Shown one piece after another: positions 9,515-18,908 of a stretch of 64,000 nt of DNA (positions are counted from its first letter, which is position 1; each line of letters begins with the position of its first letter). A program made the translations under genes and the position numbers. The stretch is from an uncultured Pelagibacteraceae bacterium (GTDB lineage: Bacteria > Pseudomonadota > Alphaproteobacteria > Pelagibacterales > AG-422-B15), in contig CACPLH010000005.1 of NCBI GenBank assembly GCA_902634765.1, forward strand, positions 10,015-74,014, in the 5' to 3' direction. The notes beneath the pieces were generated by a model, which was not told where the DNA came from, did not search any database, and worked only from the letters and a program-made list of their open reading frames with translations.

Positions 9515-9979
9515 CTAATACTCATAAGGAATAATGTTGTGCGCAACCATTTCATACCCTGCATTAGCTTGATATGTTTCATGGGGGTTCAGAGATATTA
9601 TAGTATCTTGACCGCCTATTGATATCTCTCCCGTAATCCAAATTGGATCCCAAATAAAATCATTTTCCCAAGGCAAATCACTAATGACATATACCAACTG
9701 GTTTGCAGGAGGAGGAGGTACATGGATACAGGCGCCAATATATGGCACTAACATAAATTCTTTAATTTCTCGAGCTTCATAGTGTAATGGAATTAGATAC
9801 CCCGGTATCTTAACTACTTTTCCGTTGAGACTCTTATTAAATTTTACATCGCTAGGACTAAATATCGATGTAAAAGGAATTAAATCACTCCAACCAATTT
9901 CTTTTGAGTCATCAGTCTGCGAACAAGAAGATAATAGAAATAGAATAACTAAAATTGATAGAAATTTATTTGGACTCAT
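9515..9979 (-). CDS. DUF3299 family lipoprotein (ZrgD-like)
   Basis: Lipobox LLSSC; FMLVPYIGACIHVPPPPANQ signature. Confidence 0.85.
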   Translation of the reverse strand: MSPNKFLSILVILFLLSSCSQTDDSKEIGWSDLIPFTSIFSPSDVKFNKSLNGKVVKIPGYLIPLHYEAREIKEFMLVPYIGACIHVPPPPANQLVYVISDLPWENDFIWDPIWITGEISIGGQDTIISLNPHETYQANAGYEMVAHNIIPYEY

Positions 9980-11229
9980 TATATTTTTATTGTCATCCCA
10001 TCATTAATTGAAAACCAATATGCCCTTATAGCTGGTATTAAACTTACAAGCATTGCAGAAATAATAAACAGTATGAAGATTAATAAATCCTTTAAAGACA
10101 ATAATTCAATATTTATTAAAATTCCATAAGTATCATCAATCCAGGGTTGTAATGTATTTAGCAATATATACAGCAAGATACTACTAACCAAAGTACTTAA
10201 AAAAGAAATAATAAATGCTTCTAACATAAGTATTCCAATAACAACATTTGGGGAAGCTCCCATTGCCCTCCAAATTGCCATTTCACGCCTTCTTTCATTT
10301 AAACTAGAAAATATTATTGCAGCCATCCCTATTAATGTAGTAAAAATTACAATAACTGAAATCCCTAATAGAAGATTTTCTACTATACCAATAATTCTCC
10401 AAAGTTCATGAAGTGCAACACCTGGCAAGATTGAAGTCAATGCTTCCTCAGGATATTCGTTGATCCATCTCTGCAACTTAAAAATATTTAATTTTGATTT
10501 AACTCCAATGAAAGCAGCAGTGATATTTTTTGCTGATAGATCCATTTTTCGAATTTCTTCAATGGGAGTTTCTTGACCAGGTATTTTTGCACCACTTGAC
10601 CAATCAACATGAATAGCCTCTATTGCCTCTAAACTCACAATAACTGTGTTATCAACTGGAGTTCCAGTTTTCTCTAATATACCTGATACCTTAAAGGGCT
10701 GATCATCGTGATCAGTAAAAGATTTTATTCCATGTGAGACAATAATTGACTTGCCTATGTTATATTTTAACTTCTCTGCAACTGCAGCTCCTAGAACTAC
10801 ATCATACAAATCATCAAAATAATTTCCTTCACTTATCTTTATTGATTGACCTCCTCTATATTTGTATCTCTTAAAAAAGTCCAAATTTGTTCCCATAACT
10901 CTGAAGCCTTTATGACTATCTCCCAGAGAAATTGGTACAGACCATTCGACTTCATCTTTATTCATAATTTCTTCATAGCTCTCCCAAGTAATATTATTGG
11001 TGGCATTTCCAACCCTAAAAACAGAGTATAATAAAAGTTGAATTGAACTAGTTCTTGACCCTAAAATTAAGTCAGTTTGAGAAATAGTATCTGTAAAACT
11101 CGTATAAGCAGAAGTTCTTAATTTCTCTACACTCAAGTAAAGCATTAATGATAGCGATATCGCAAATACAGTCATGCTGACTGTTAAAAGACGTGCATAT
11201 AATGAAGCTAATGCAAGTTTAAGAAGCAC
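9979..11229 (-). CDS. FtsX/MacB-type ABC permease (ZrgC-like)
   Basis: VPISLGDSHKGFRVMGT and LNERRREMAIWRAMGA motifs; 4-TM topology. Confidence 0.87.
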   Translation of the reverse strand: MLLKLALASLYARLLTVSMTVFAISLSLMLYLSVEKLRTSAYTSFTDTISQTDLILGSRTSSIQLLLYSVFRVGNATNNITWESYEEIMNKDEVEWSVPISLGDSHKGFRVMGTNLDFFKRYKYRGGQSIKISEGNYFDDLYDVVLGAAVAEKLKYNIGKSIIVSHGIKSFTDHDDQPFKVSGILEKTGTPVDNTVIVSLEAIEAIHVDWSSGAKIPGQETPIEEIRKMDLSAKNITAAFIGVKSKLNIFKLQRWINEYPEEALTSILPGVALHELWRIIGIVENLLLGISVIVIFTTLIGMAAIIFSSLNERRREMAIWRAMGASPNVVIGILMLEAFIISFLSTLVSSILLYILLNTLQPWIDDTYGILINIELLSLKDLLIFILFIISAMLVSLIPAIRAYWFSINDGMTIKI

Positions 11230-11935
11230 GACTAATCCCTTCCTTCAGTATATCATTGATATGAATAACTCGATCAAAATGTTTTGAAAGAGACTCATCG
11301 TGTGAAACCATTAACAAAGTTGATTGACTATCAGAAATTTGTGAAAACATTAAATCTATAAATATATTTTGAGCATTAGTGTCTAGAGATGATGTTGGCT
11401 CATCAGCTATAATTAGAGATGGGTTACCAATTAATGCTCGTGCAACTGCAACTCGTTGTTGTTGACCAACACTTAGTTTGCTTGCTTGCATATTTACAAT
11501 TTCATCAGGAAGTCTAAGAGATTTACATAGATTTGAAGCAGTTTCATCTTTATTAATGACATTATTAGCCCTTGTTTTAGAAAAATAGAGAGGTAATAAA
11601 ATATTATCTTTAACCTTAGCGTATGGAAGAAGATTGAATTGCTGAAATATTATTCCAATATTGTCTGATCTATATTGATCTTTTTTGCGAGCTGACAATT
11701 TATTTATTGACTCATCATTAATGTAGATATTTCCAGAAATAGGAGTTAAGAATCCACAAATTAGTGAAAGTAAAGTTGTTTTACCAGATCCACTTTCTCC
11801 TATAAGTAAAACGTTTTCACCTTTACTAATTTTAAGCTCAGGTACAAAAATTTTAAATTCGCTCTTGTTTGCCCAATGAAAGTTGACAGAGTCTATTAGT
11901 ATCTTATTTTCATTCAAATTAGATTTTTCCATCAA
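11219..11935 (-). CDS. ABC ATP-binding protein (ZrgB-like)
   Basis: Walker A GESGSGKTT, LSVGQQQRV, IIADEPT; true start may be a few codons downstream. Confidence 0.9.
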   Translation of the reverse strand: MMEKSNLNENKILIDSVNFHWANKSEFKIFVPELKISKGENVLLIGESGSGKTTLLSLICGFLTPISGNIYINDESINKLSARKKDQYRSDNIGIIFQQFNLLPYAKVKDNILLPLYFSKTRANNVINKDETASNLCKSLRLPDEIVNMQASKLSVGQQQRVAVARALIGNPSLIIADEPTSSLDTNAQNIFIDLMFSQISDSQSTLLMVSHDESLSKHFDRVIHINDILKEGISRAS

Positions 11936-12539
11936 TATTTATAGAAGGTTCTTCTGCTTCAACCTCAAAGCTAACAGATCCTTTACTAGAAATAAACTGA
12001 ACTTCCAACTCCCCAGAATTTGGAAATGTTGAAAAATAGGGAAATTCTACGTTATTGATTGCTTTTATATCACCGCACTCAAACGAATATTTAGCATAAA
12101 ACTCATTATGATTTTCTTCAGCATGCTCATCATGGTCATGTTCGTCATGGTCATCATGTTCGTCATGGTCATCATGTTCGTCATGGTCGTCATGGTCGTC
12201 ATGTTCGTCATGGTCGTCTTCATCTTCTTTAAGAGCTACTTGTTTTCCAGTAAGTTGACAAAGACTATTCTTAGGAAGAGTAAAAATATTCTCATAATTC
12301 TCAAAAGTTTGAAGAGCCATATTTATACTAGCAATATCAGCATCACTTTTAGCAACATATTCAAATCCCACAATATCTGCACCTGGGATCATAAATTCAA
12401 ACTCAATTACAGAACCTTCTGTTGCAATATTGAGCTCACCTACACCATGTTCATGCTTATCTACTTGACGAGTTTCTTCAGCGTAAACTCTTGCTAATGT
12501 AAAATTAAAAATAATTAATATTGATAAAATAATTTTCAT
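11919..12539 (-). CDS. DUF2796/ZrgA-like periplasmic zinc-binding protein
   Basis: Signal peptide; HEHGVGELNIA and DIVGFE motifs; His/Asp-rich loop; two Cys. Confidence 0.85.
   Translation of the reverse strand: MKIILSILIIFNFTLARVYAEETRQVDKHEHGVGELNIATEGSVIEFEFMIPGADIVGFEYVAKSDADIASINMALQTFENYENIFTLPKNSLCQLTGKQVALKEDEDDHDEHDDHDDHDEHDDHDEHDDHDEHDHDEHAEENHNEFYAKYSFECGDIKAINNVEFPYFSTFPNSGELEVQFISSKGSVSFEVEAEEPSINIDGKI
12123..12227 (-). repeat. 9/18-bp periodic coding repeat encoding a (DDH/DEH)n metal-binding tract
   Basis: TCATGGTCRTCATGTTCG units; protein EDEDDHDEHDDHDDHDEHDDHDEHDDHDEHDHDEH. Confidence 0.9.
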
Positions 12540-12567
12540 AGTGATCTCCTTTAAAAAAAATTCTTAT

Positions 12568-12990
12568 TTATGACTCATGAATTTGTTCACAAGATTTACA
12601 AGTTCCAAAGAATTCTAAATTATAACCAGCAAATTGTGCTCCACTTGAGTCTTTAAAACCTGACAAAAATTCCAATAGTTTTGGGTCATTGATTTCTAAA
12701 ACTTCATCACAGGTATTACAAATTGAAAATGCAGTAGTATGAGACGATGTACAATGTTTAGTATTACAAGCAATAAATGAATTTTGACTTTCAATCTTAT
12801 GAATCTTACCTATTCTGATTAGCTTATCCAAGGCTCTATAGACTTGTGGCGGCGCTTTAATACCCTTCTTTTGAACATTTGATAATATAGAATAAGCCTT
12901 AACGGGTTTTTTGTGTTTCTGAATAAAATCTAAAACTATTTTTTGATTTTTCGATAAAACTTTATTTTCATTTTTCATAATTTTGTTCAT
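12568..12990 (-). CDS. zur: Zinc uptake regulator (Fur family)
   Basis: KAPPQVYRALDKL helix-turn-helix; CxxC pairs CNTC and CKSC; directly downstream of znuB. Confidence 0.9.
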   Translation of the reverse strand: MNKIMKNENKVLSKNQKIVLDFIQKHKKPVKAYSILSNVQKKGIKAPPQVYRALDKLIRIGKIHKIESQNSFIACNTKHCTSSHTTAFSICNTCDEVLEINDPKLLEFLSGFKDSSGAQFAGYNLEFFGTCKSCEQIHES

Positions 12991-12991
12991 A

Positions 12992-13783
12992 TTAATATTT
13001 CTTTTGAACTCTAAATAATGACAAGATAAATAATACTAAGGCAACAGTTACTATACTAGGGCCAGAAGCAGTATTTATCTCAAGAGAAGCATATAAACCA
13101 ATAAAGACAGATAACAATCCACCTATAATAGATAGTATTACCATTTGTTTTGGATTATTTGATAAGTTGCGTGCCATGGCTGTTGGAATAATCAATAATC
13201 CAGTGATTAGTAATACTCCAACCATCTTAATTGAGATGGCAATTAGTGCTGCTAATAAAATTGTGAATATAGCATTTACTCTCTCAGGCCTCATACCCTC
13301 AGCTTCAGCAAGTTCAAAATTTACCGTTGAAGCAAATAGAGGTTTCCAAATATACCATAAAACTATTAGTATCAGTCCTCCACCAATCCAAACAGCGAGT
13401 ATGTCGTTCGTATTTACTGACAGTATATCTCCAAATAAAACTCCCATAATATCAAATCTGATAAATGATAAAAAACCTAGTATTACCAACCCAATTGCCA
13501 AAGAAGAATGGGAAATTAATCCAAGTAAAGAATCGCCTGCTAAGTTAGTTGACTTCTGCAACTTAAGTAAGAGTAAAGCCACTAGAGAAGAAACAGCAAA
13601 AATTGTTATAGAAACATTAATATTAAAAGTTATTGAAAGTAAGACGCCTAATAAAGCCGAGTGCGCTAATGTATCACCAAAAAATGATAATCGCCTCCAG
13701 ACAACAAAACATCCCAATGGTCCAGCGACCAACGCAATTCCAATCCCAGCAATTAGCGCTCTTACTAAAAAATCATCTAACAT
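12992..13783 (-). CDS. znuB: Zinc ABC transporter permease
   Basis: GPLGCFVVWRRLSFFGDTLAHSALLG; LFGDIL; VGVLLITGLLIIP. Confidence 0.93.
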   Translation of the reverse strand: MLDDFLVRALIAGIGIALVAGPLGCFVVWRRLSFFGDTLAHSALLGVLLSITFNINVSITIFAVSSLVALLLLKLQKSTNLAGDSLLGLISHSSLAIGLVILGFLSFIRFDIMGVLFGDILSVNTNDILAVWIGGGLILIVLWYIWKPLFASTVNFELAEAEGMRPERVNAIFTILLAALIAISIKMVGVLLITGLLIIPTAMARNLSNNPKQMVILSIIGGLLSVFIGLYASLEINTASGPSIVTVALVLFILSLFRVQKKY

Positions 13784-13785
13784 AT

Positions 13786-14535
13786 TTACTTAACTTCTTT
13801 CATAATATTTCCATCTAAATCATGAATATGGTCATGATTATGCTCATATATTGATAGTAATTGAGAAGATTTTTCGCCAAATAGCTCTTTATAATGATCA
13901 CTCTTAGCTACATCCTTAGGGGTTCCACAGCAGCAAACATGCCCATTTAGACAGACTACATAATCAGTAGCTGACATAACAACATGTAAGTCATGAGAAA
14001 TTAGAAGGATTCCACATTTTAAGGTTTCAGAAATTTTCTTAATCAAATTATATAGTGCAACTTCACCATTAAAATCAACACCTTGAACTGGTTCATCTAG
14101 AACTAAGAGTTCAGGTTTTTTTGCAATAGCCCGTGCTAATAAAACTCTTTGAAACTCGCCACCTGATAAATCTCTTAGATTATTATTTTGTAAATGCTCG
14201 ACACCAGTAAGGCTTAGAGCATATTTTATATCTTCAGTTTTTAGAACTTGCGTTAAAACCATAAAGTCAATTACTCTTAAAGGAAGAGTCCAATCGATGG
14301 ACACTTTTTGAGGCACATATGAGATATTATTAGTGAATCTCTCTACACTTCCTTTTATGTTCTTATGCAAACCCAAAGCTATTTTAGCAGTCGTTGTTTT
14401 TCCTGATCCATTGGGACCAATTAATGTTACGATCTCTCCTTTTTTAATTTCTAAATCAACATCTCGTACAAGCCATTTATTACCCTTAAAAATACCAGCA
14501 TTGGATAATTTTACTAAAAGACCATTTTCACTCAT
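13786..14535 (-). CDS. znuC: Zinc ABC transporter ATPase
   Basis: GPNGSGKTT, LSGGEFQR, LDEPVQGVD, CLNGHVCC and a His-rich tail. Confidence 0.93.
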   Translation of the reverse strand: MSENGLLVKLSNAGIFKGNKWLVRDVDLEIKKGEIVTLIGPNGSGKTTTAKIALGLHKNIKGSVERFTNNISYVPQKVSIDWTLPLRVIDFMVLTQVLKTEDIKYALSLTGVEHLQNNNLRDLSGGEFQRVLLARAIAKKPELLVLDEPVQGVDFNGEVALYNLIKKISETLKCGILLISHDLHVVMSATDYVVCLNGHVCCCGTPKDVAKSDHYKELFGEKSSQLLSIYEHNHDHIHDLDGNIMKEVK

Positions 14536-14558
14536 TAAAAAAACTTGCTAAATAATTT

Positions 14559-14573
14559 TGTTATAATATAACA
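14559..14573. promoter_or_regulatory. Zur box in the divergent znuC/znuA promoter
   Basis: Perfect 7-1-7 palindrome TGTTATA-A-TATAACA. Confidence 0.92.
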
Positions 14574-14606
14574 CTAGGCTAAATATTTAATGAAAGCAAT
14601 AAATCT

Positions 14607-16076
14607 ATGAAGTTCCATCTAAAATTAAGCCTAATAATTTCAACTATATCACTATTATCAATTATGTCTTATGCTAATGCAGAAACAAAAGTTGTAGCTT
14701 CGATTAAACCACTGCATTCATTAGTTAGCTATGTAATGGATGGTGTTGGTACTCCAGATATACTTGTAGATGGAAGCGCTTCGCCTCATACTTTTCAACT
14801 TAAGCCATCACACGCGACTATGCTGCAAGAAGCTGATATCGTTTTTTGGATTGGAGAAGATTTAGAGTCTTTTCTAGAAACTCCTCTCGAATCAATAGCT
14901 GCAAACTCAAGACATGTTACATTAATGGAGTCTAATGAGATTGAATTATTAAAATTTAGAGAAAAAAATATTTTTGGTGGCCATGATGAGCATGATGACC
15001 ATGACGAACATGCTGATGAACACGGTGATGAGCATGATGACCATGACGAGCATGCTGATGAACACGGTGATGAGCATGATGACCATGACGAGCATGCTGA
15101 TGAACACGGTGATGAACATGATGAACACGGAGATGGGCATGGAGATCATGCTTTTGAGTGGGCAGGTGTCTTTGAGTTAGAGGCAGGAACATATAAATGG
15201 TCTTTTGCAAAAGTAGATGGTGACTATGCAGATCCTGCAATGAAAATGGTTATTCTTCAATCTGATGACATTGAAGCGTCTGAAGAAAAAGCTGAGGAAT
15301 TATTGGAGTCTAAAGAATCAGAGTCCAAATCTCATAACGAAATACTAGCTGTAAACGAGAAGGCCTTTATGCTTAATTTTGATGATAATAAAGATATAAC
15401 AATGTTTACAGTTGAAATTAAAGAAAGTGGTAAATTTGCTTTCTTTACAGAACACATGCCTTTTGAGTTTGAGGCCGATGAACACTTCTTAAAAGATCTT
15501 TCAGGTCAAGATATTGAACCAATAGCACAAGCTCCAGACTCTGGACACCACGATCATCATGGACATGCACATGGCGAACACGATATTCACTTTTGGCTTG
15601 ATCCTGAAATTGCAAAAACGATCGTAGGAATTGTTGCACGAGAATTATCTGAAATTGATCCTGCTAATGCATCAACTTATAAATCAAACTCTACAAAAGC
15701 TATGAATGAGATTGATCAACTGATAAGTGATACAAAGAGCAAAATTAATAGCAATGCAAGTTATGTTGTGTTTCATGATGCATATCAATACTTCGAAAAA
15801 AGATTTGGTGTTGAAGTTGTTGGAGCGTTAACAGTAAATCCTGAAGTTTTACCAGGAGCAAAACAGTTATCAGAAATAAGAGAAGTTATAGAGCATGAAA
15901 ACATAAATTGTTTATTTTCTGAGCCTCAATTTAATCCAAGTATTGCAGAAACGATTGCTAAGGATACTGGTGTGAAAGCAGCAATTATAGATCCTCTTGG
16001 AGCTGAATTAAATCCAGGAAAAAATTTATATTTTGATCTTATAGGTAATATTGCTTCTTCATTTGAGAGTTGCTAA
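14607..16076 (+). CDS. znuA: Zinc ABC substrate-binding protein with enlarged His loop and inserted domain
   Basis: VVASIKPLHSL, SPHTFQLKPS, HFWLDP, VFHDAYQYFE and FSEPQF motifs; 489 aa versus about 310-340 aa typical. Confidence 0.92.
   Translation: MKFHLKLSLIISTISLLSIMSYANAETKVVASIKPLHSLVSYVMDGVGTPDILVDGSASPHTFQLKPSHATMLQEADIVFWIGEDLESFLETPLESIAANSRHVTLMESNEIELLKFREKNIFGGHDEHDDHDEHADEHGDEHDDHDEHADEHGDEHDDHDEHADEHGDEHDEHGDGHGDHAFEWAGVFELEAGTYKWSFAKVDGDYADPAMKMVILQSDDIEASEEKAEELLESKESESKSHNEILAVNEKAFMLNFDDNKDITMFTVEIKESGKFAFFTEHMPFEFEADEHFLKDLSGQDIEPIAQAPDSGHHDHHGHAHGEHDIHFWLDPEIAKTIVGIVARELSEIDPANASTYKSNSTKAMNEIDQLISDTKSKINSNASYVVFHDAYQYFEKRFGVEVVGALTVNPEVLPGAKQLSEIREVIEHENINCLFSEPQFNPSIAETIAKDTGVKAAIIDPLGAELNPGKNLYFDLIGNIASSFESC
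14985..15110 (+). repeat. Three near-identical 42-bp tandem coding repeats (DEHDDHDEHADEHG)
   Basis: GATGAGCATGATGACCATGACGARCATGCTGATGAACACGGT three times. Confidence 0.95.
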
Positions 16077-16120
16077 TACGCCTAGTTCATTAGTTTAAAT
16101 AAGAAGTAGAAGTAATTCTG

Positions 16121-16771
16121 ATGAATATTTATCAAAGTAATAAACTTCAAGATCTAAAAAATTTTGATGAGTACTCTGCTCAACTTGGAATTATTGAGCG
16201 GAGTATGCCAGTAGGTGTGGATGCATTCTTTCAAAAACTAATGAGATCACATTTCAAATTCTCTGGTGAAGTCTCCAAAGACGCAGCATTCTTGGATATA
16301 AGAAATATTTTAAATAAAGAATTTTCTCAAGAAATAAAAGCCGAACTTTTATACGATGAATGGCTGGAAGATATGGCAGAAGTTTGTAAAACGTTTTGTG
16401 TATTAGAAAAAATAGAAGCTGTAAGCTTTCACTTGGGTACACAGCGTGCTTGTCGAAGATACCATATAGATAATGTTCCAAAGCGTATGCTTGTTACATA
16501 TGCTGGAAAAGGGACAGAATGGCTACCTGATGAAGCTGCCGATCGTGAGGCTTTCTTAAGTGGAGAGCCAAATGAGAAAATTATTAAAGACCCTTCAGCA
16601 CTTCAATTTATAAATCAGTGGGATGTTGCTGTATTTCGAGGTGGTCCTGAGGGAGTCTTACACAGAACACCTGATGCAGCCTTAAATGGTCCCTCAATAC
16701 TTATGAAACTTGATCATCCTGAATTTTTGAAAAATATAATTCCTGGTATTGAAATATTTGAAGAATATTAA
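16121..16771 (+). CDS. DUF1826 family protein
   Basis: CRRYHIDNVPKRMLVTYAGKGTEWL and GVLHRTP motifs; family commonly found near COG0523/Zur loci. Confidence 0.82.
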   Translation: MNIYQSNKLQDLKNFDEYSAQLGIIERSMPVGVDAFFQKLMRSHFKFSGEVSKDAAFLDIRNILNKEFSQEIKAELLYDEWLEDMAEVCKTFCVLEKIEAVSFHLGTQRACRRYHIDNVPKRMLVTYAGKGTEWLPDEAADREAFLSGEPNEKIIKDPSALQFINQWDVAVFRGGPEGVLHRTPDAALNGPSILMKLDHPEFLKNIIPGIEIFEEY

Positions 16772-16774
16772 AAT

Positions 16775-17656
16775 CTAACTTAATACTGACTTAATGGTAT
16801 CACCAATTACTGAAGGGTTTTTTGAAATTGTAACTCCACATTCTTTAAGCAGTTCAACTTTCTCTACAGCACTTTCACCATAAGCAGAAACAATTGCACC
16901 AGCGTGACCCATCACACGTCCTTTTGGAGCGGTAAGTCCAGCAATATAGGCTACAACAGGTTTCTTCATGTTCTCTTTTGCGAATTGGCCTGCATCAACT
17001 TCTTGTGGACCTCCAATTTCACCAATCATCAAAATGACATCAGTATCTGGATCTGCTTCGAAACGTGATAAAATATCTCGAAATGAACTACCATTAATTG
17101 GGTCGCCTCCGATTCCTACACTCGTTGAAACACCTATGTCGAGAGCTTTCATTTGAGAGGCAGCTTCGTAACCCAATGTTCCTGATCGACCAACTATTCC
17201 CACATTACCTTTTTTGTAAATATGACCAGGCATAATTCCCATCATTGCTTTTCCAGGACTAATGATCCCAGCACAATTTGGACCGATCATTGTCATTTTT
17301 TCAGACTTTGTATATCTACGCATGTAGCGTTTTACTCTTATCATGTCATGAGCAGGAATTCCGTCAGTAATTGCCACACAAACTTTAATACCTGCATCAG
17401 CAGCTTCCATTGCAGAGTCTGCTGCAAAACTGGGTGGGACAAATAATATACTGGCTTCTGCGCCAGTTTCTCTCACTGCATCTTTTACAGTGTTGAAAAC
17501 TGGTAACCCTAAATGAGTAGAGCCTCCTTTTCCTGGAGTTACTCCTCCTACTAAGTTAGAGCCATATTCCATCATTTCTTGAGCATGAAAACTTCCAATT
17601 TTTCCAGTAAATCCCTGGACAATCATTTTTGTATTTTCATCAATAAGTATGGACAT
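16775..17656 (-). CDS. mtkB: ADP-forming acyl-CoA ligase alpha subunit (malate-CoA ligase/SucD-type)
   Basis: MSILIDENTK start at 17656; GGVTPGKGG, IGPNCAG, and MGHAGA with the phospho-His. Confidence 0.75.
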   Translation of the reverse strand: MSILIDENTKMIVQGFTGKIGSFHAQEMMEYGSNLVGGVTPGKGGSTHLGLPVFNTVKDAVRETGAEASILFVPPSFAADSAMEAADAGIKVCVAITDGIPAHDMIRVKRYMRRYTKSEKMTMIGPNCAGIISPGKAMMGIMPGHIYKKGNVGIVGRSGTLGYEAASQMKALDIGVSTSVGIGGDPINGSSFRDILSRFEADPDTDVILMIGEIGGPQEVDAGQFAKENMKKPVVAYIAGLTAPKGRVMGHAGAIVSAYGESAVEKVELLKECGVTISKNPSVIGDTIKSVLS

Positions 17657-17657
17657 A

Positions 17658-18833
17658 CTAATTACTCTCAACGTCCTTTAATGCTGCAACAGCCTTATTA
17701 GCAGCATCTTCAAGTGACAAAGCCTCAATATAATTAATCTTACTATCTCTTAATATTTGATTGCCTTTTTCTACATTTGTACCTGCAAGACGAATGACCA
17801 ATGGCATATCAATTTTAATTTGATCTAAAGCTTGAACGATTCCTTCAGCGATCCAATCACAGCGGTTTATCCCAGCAAAAATATTAACGAGTATTACTTT
17901 GACCTTATCATCAGACGATACAAGTTTGAATGCTTTCACAATTTTTTCAGGAGTAGCTCCACCACCAACGTCTAAGAAGTTTGCTGGTTCACCACCTGCC
18001 AATTTAATCATGTCCATTGAGGCCATTGCTAGACCAGCACCATTTATTATATTTCCAATATTTCCATCAAGACCAACATAGTTTAATCCTCGATCTGATG
18101 CATACACTTCACTTGGATTTTCTTGAGATTTATCTCTTAATTCTGATACTTCATTTCTTCTAAACAATGCATTGTTATCAAAACTCATTTTACAATCTAG
18201 TGCAAACACGTGCTTATCTTTAGTTATAACTAGAGGATTGATTTCAACCATAGTTGCATCAAGTTCGCTAAACACACGATAACAATTTCTGATTACATCA
18301 GCAGTTCGTGAAACAAGCTCTGGCTCTATTCCAAGATTAAAAGCAATTTCTCGCGCTTGAAACTCTTGCATTCCAACCGCAACTTCTATTTTTGATCGTA
18401 TAATTGTTTCAGGTTTTTCACTTGAAATTTCTTCAACGCTCATACCACCTTCGGTTGAAGCAACGACCATTATACACTCTGATCCACGGTCAAAAACAAG
18501 TCCTAGATATAGTTCTTTCTCTATGTCTGACGCTTCTTCGATATAAACTCGATTAATGATTTTGCCGGCTGGACCTGTTTGATTAGTTATTAATTTTTTT
18601 CCTAATAATTTATCTGTAGCTTGAGCAACTTCCAATGCATCGTTGCAAACTATAATGCCACCTGCTTTTCCTCGAGCACCCGAATGGACTTGAGCTTTAA
18701 CAACCCATTTTGATCCACCAATTTCTTTCGCTTTGTATTCTGCATTTTCAGGACTATAAGCAATGCCTCCTTTTGGTATGCCTATCCCAAAATCAGATAA
18801 GATTTTTTTTGCTTGATACTCGTGTATATCCAT
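17658..18833 (-). CDS. mtkA: ADP-forming acyl-CoA ligase beta subunit (malate-CoA ligase type)
   Basis: MDIHEYQAK, KAQVHSGARGKAGG, NGAGLAM; NIFAGINRCDWIAEG resembles MtkA more than SucC (NIFGGIVRCD). Confidence 0.75.
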   Translation of the reverse strand: MDIHEYQAKKILSDFGIGIPKGGIAYSPENAEYKAKEIGGSKWVVKAQVHSGARGKAGGIIVCNDALEVAQATDKLLGKKLITNQTGPAGKIINRVYIEEASDIEKELYLGLVFDRGSECIMVVASTEGGMSVEEISSEKPETIIRSKIEVAVGMQEFQAREIAFNLGIEPELVSRTADVIRNCYRVFSELDATMVEINPLVITKDKHVFALDCKMSFDNNALFRRNEVSELRDKSQENPSEVYASDRGLNYVGLDGNIGNIINGAGLAMASMDMIKLAGGEPANFLDVGGGATPEKIVKAFKLVSSDDKVKVILVNIFAGINRCDWIAEGIVQALDQIKIDMPLVIRLAGTNVEKGNQILRDSKINYIEALSLEDAANKAVAALKDVESN

Positions 18834-18908
18834 AGAAAAAAATTCTATATGATCTTAAATATAGATCGAGAAGAAAATTGCCCAAAATATGAATTTTTTT
18901 ATTGATAA

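Noticed and set aside
12108-12497. Met/Val-rich 129-aa antisense ORF
   Set aside because: By-product of the GAY/CAT His-Asp repeat on the opposite strand
13167-13793. 208-aa ORF antisense to znuB
   Set aside because: Shadow ORF of a hydrophobic membrane-protein gene; no motif or RBS
14949-15240. Alternative-frame His- or Met-rich ORFs and a CRISPR-like appearance
   Set aside because: Contiguous in-frame tandem coding repeats with no unique spacers and no cas genes
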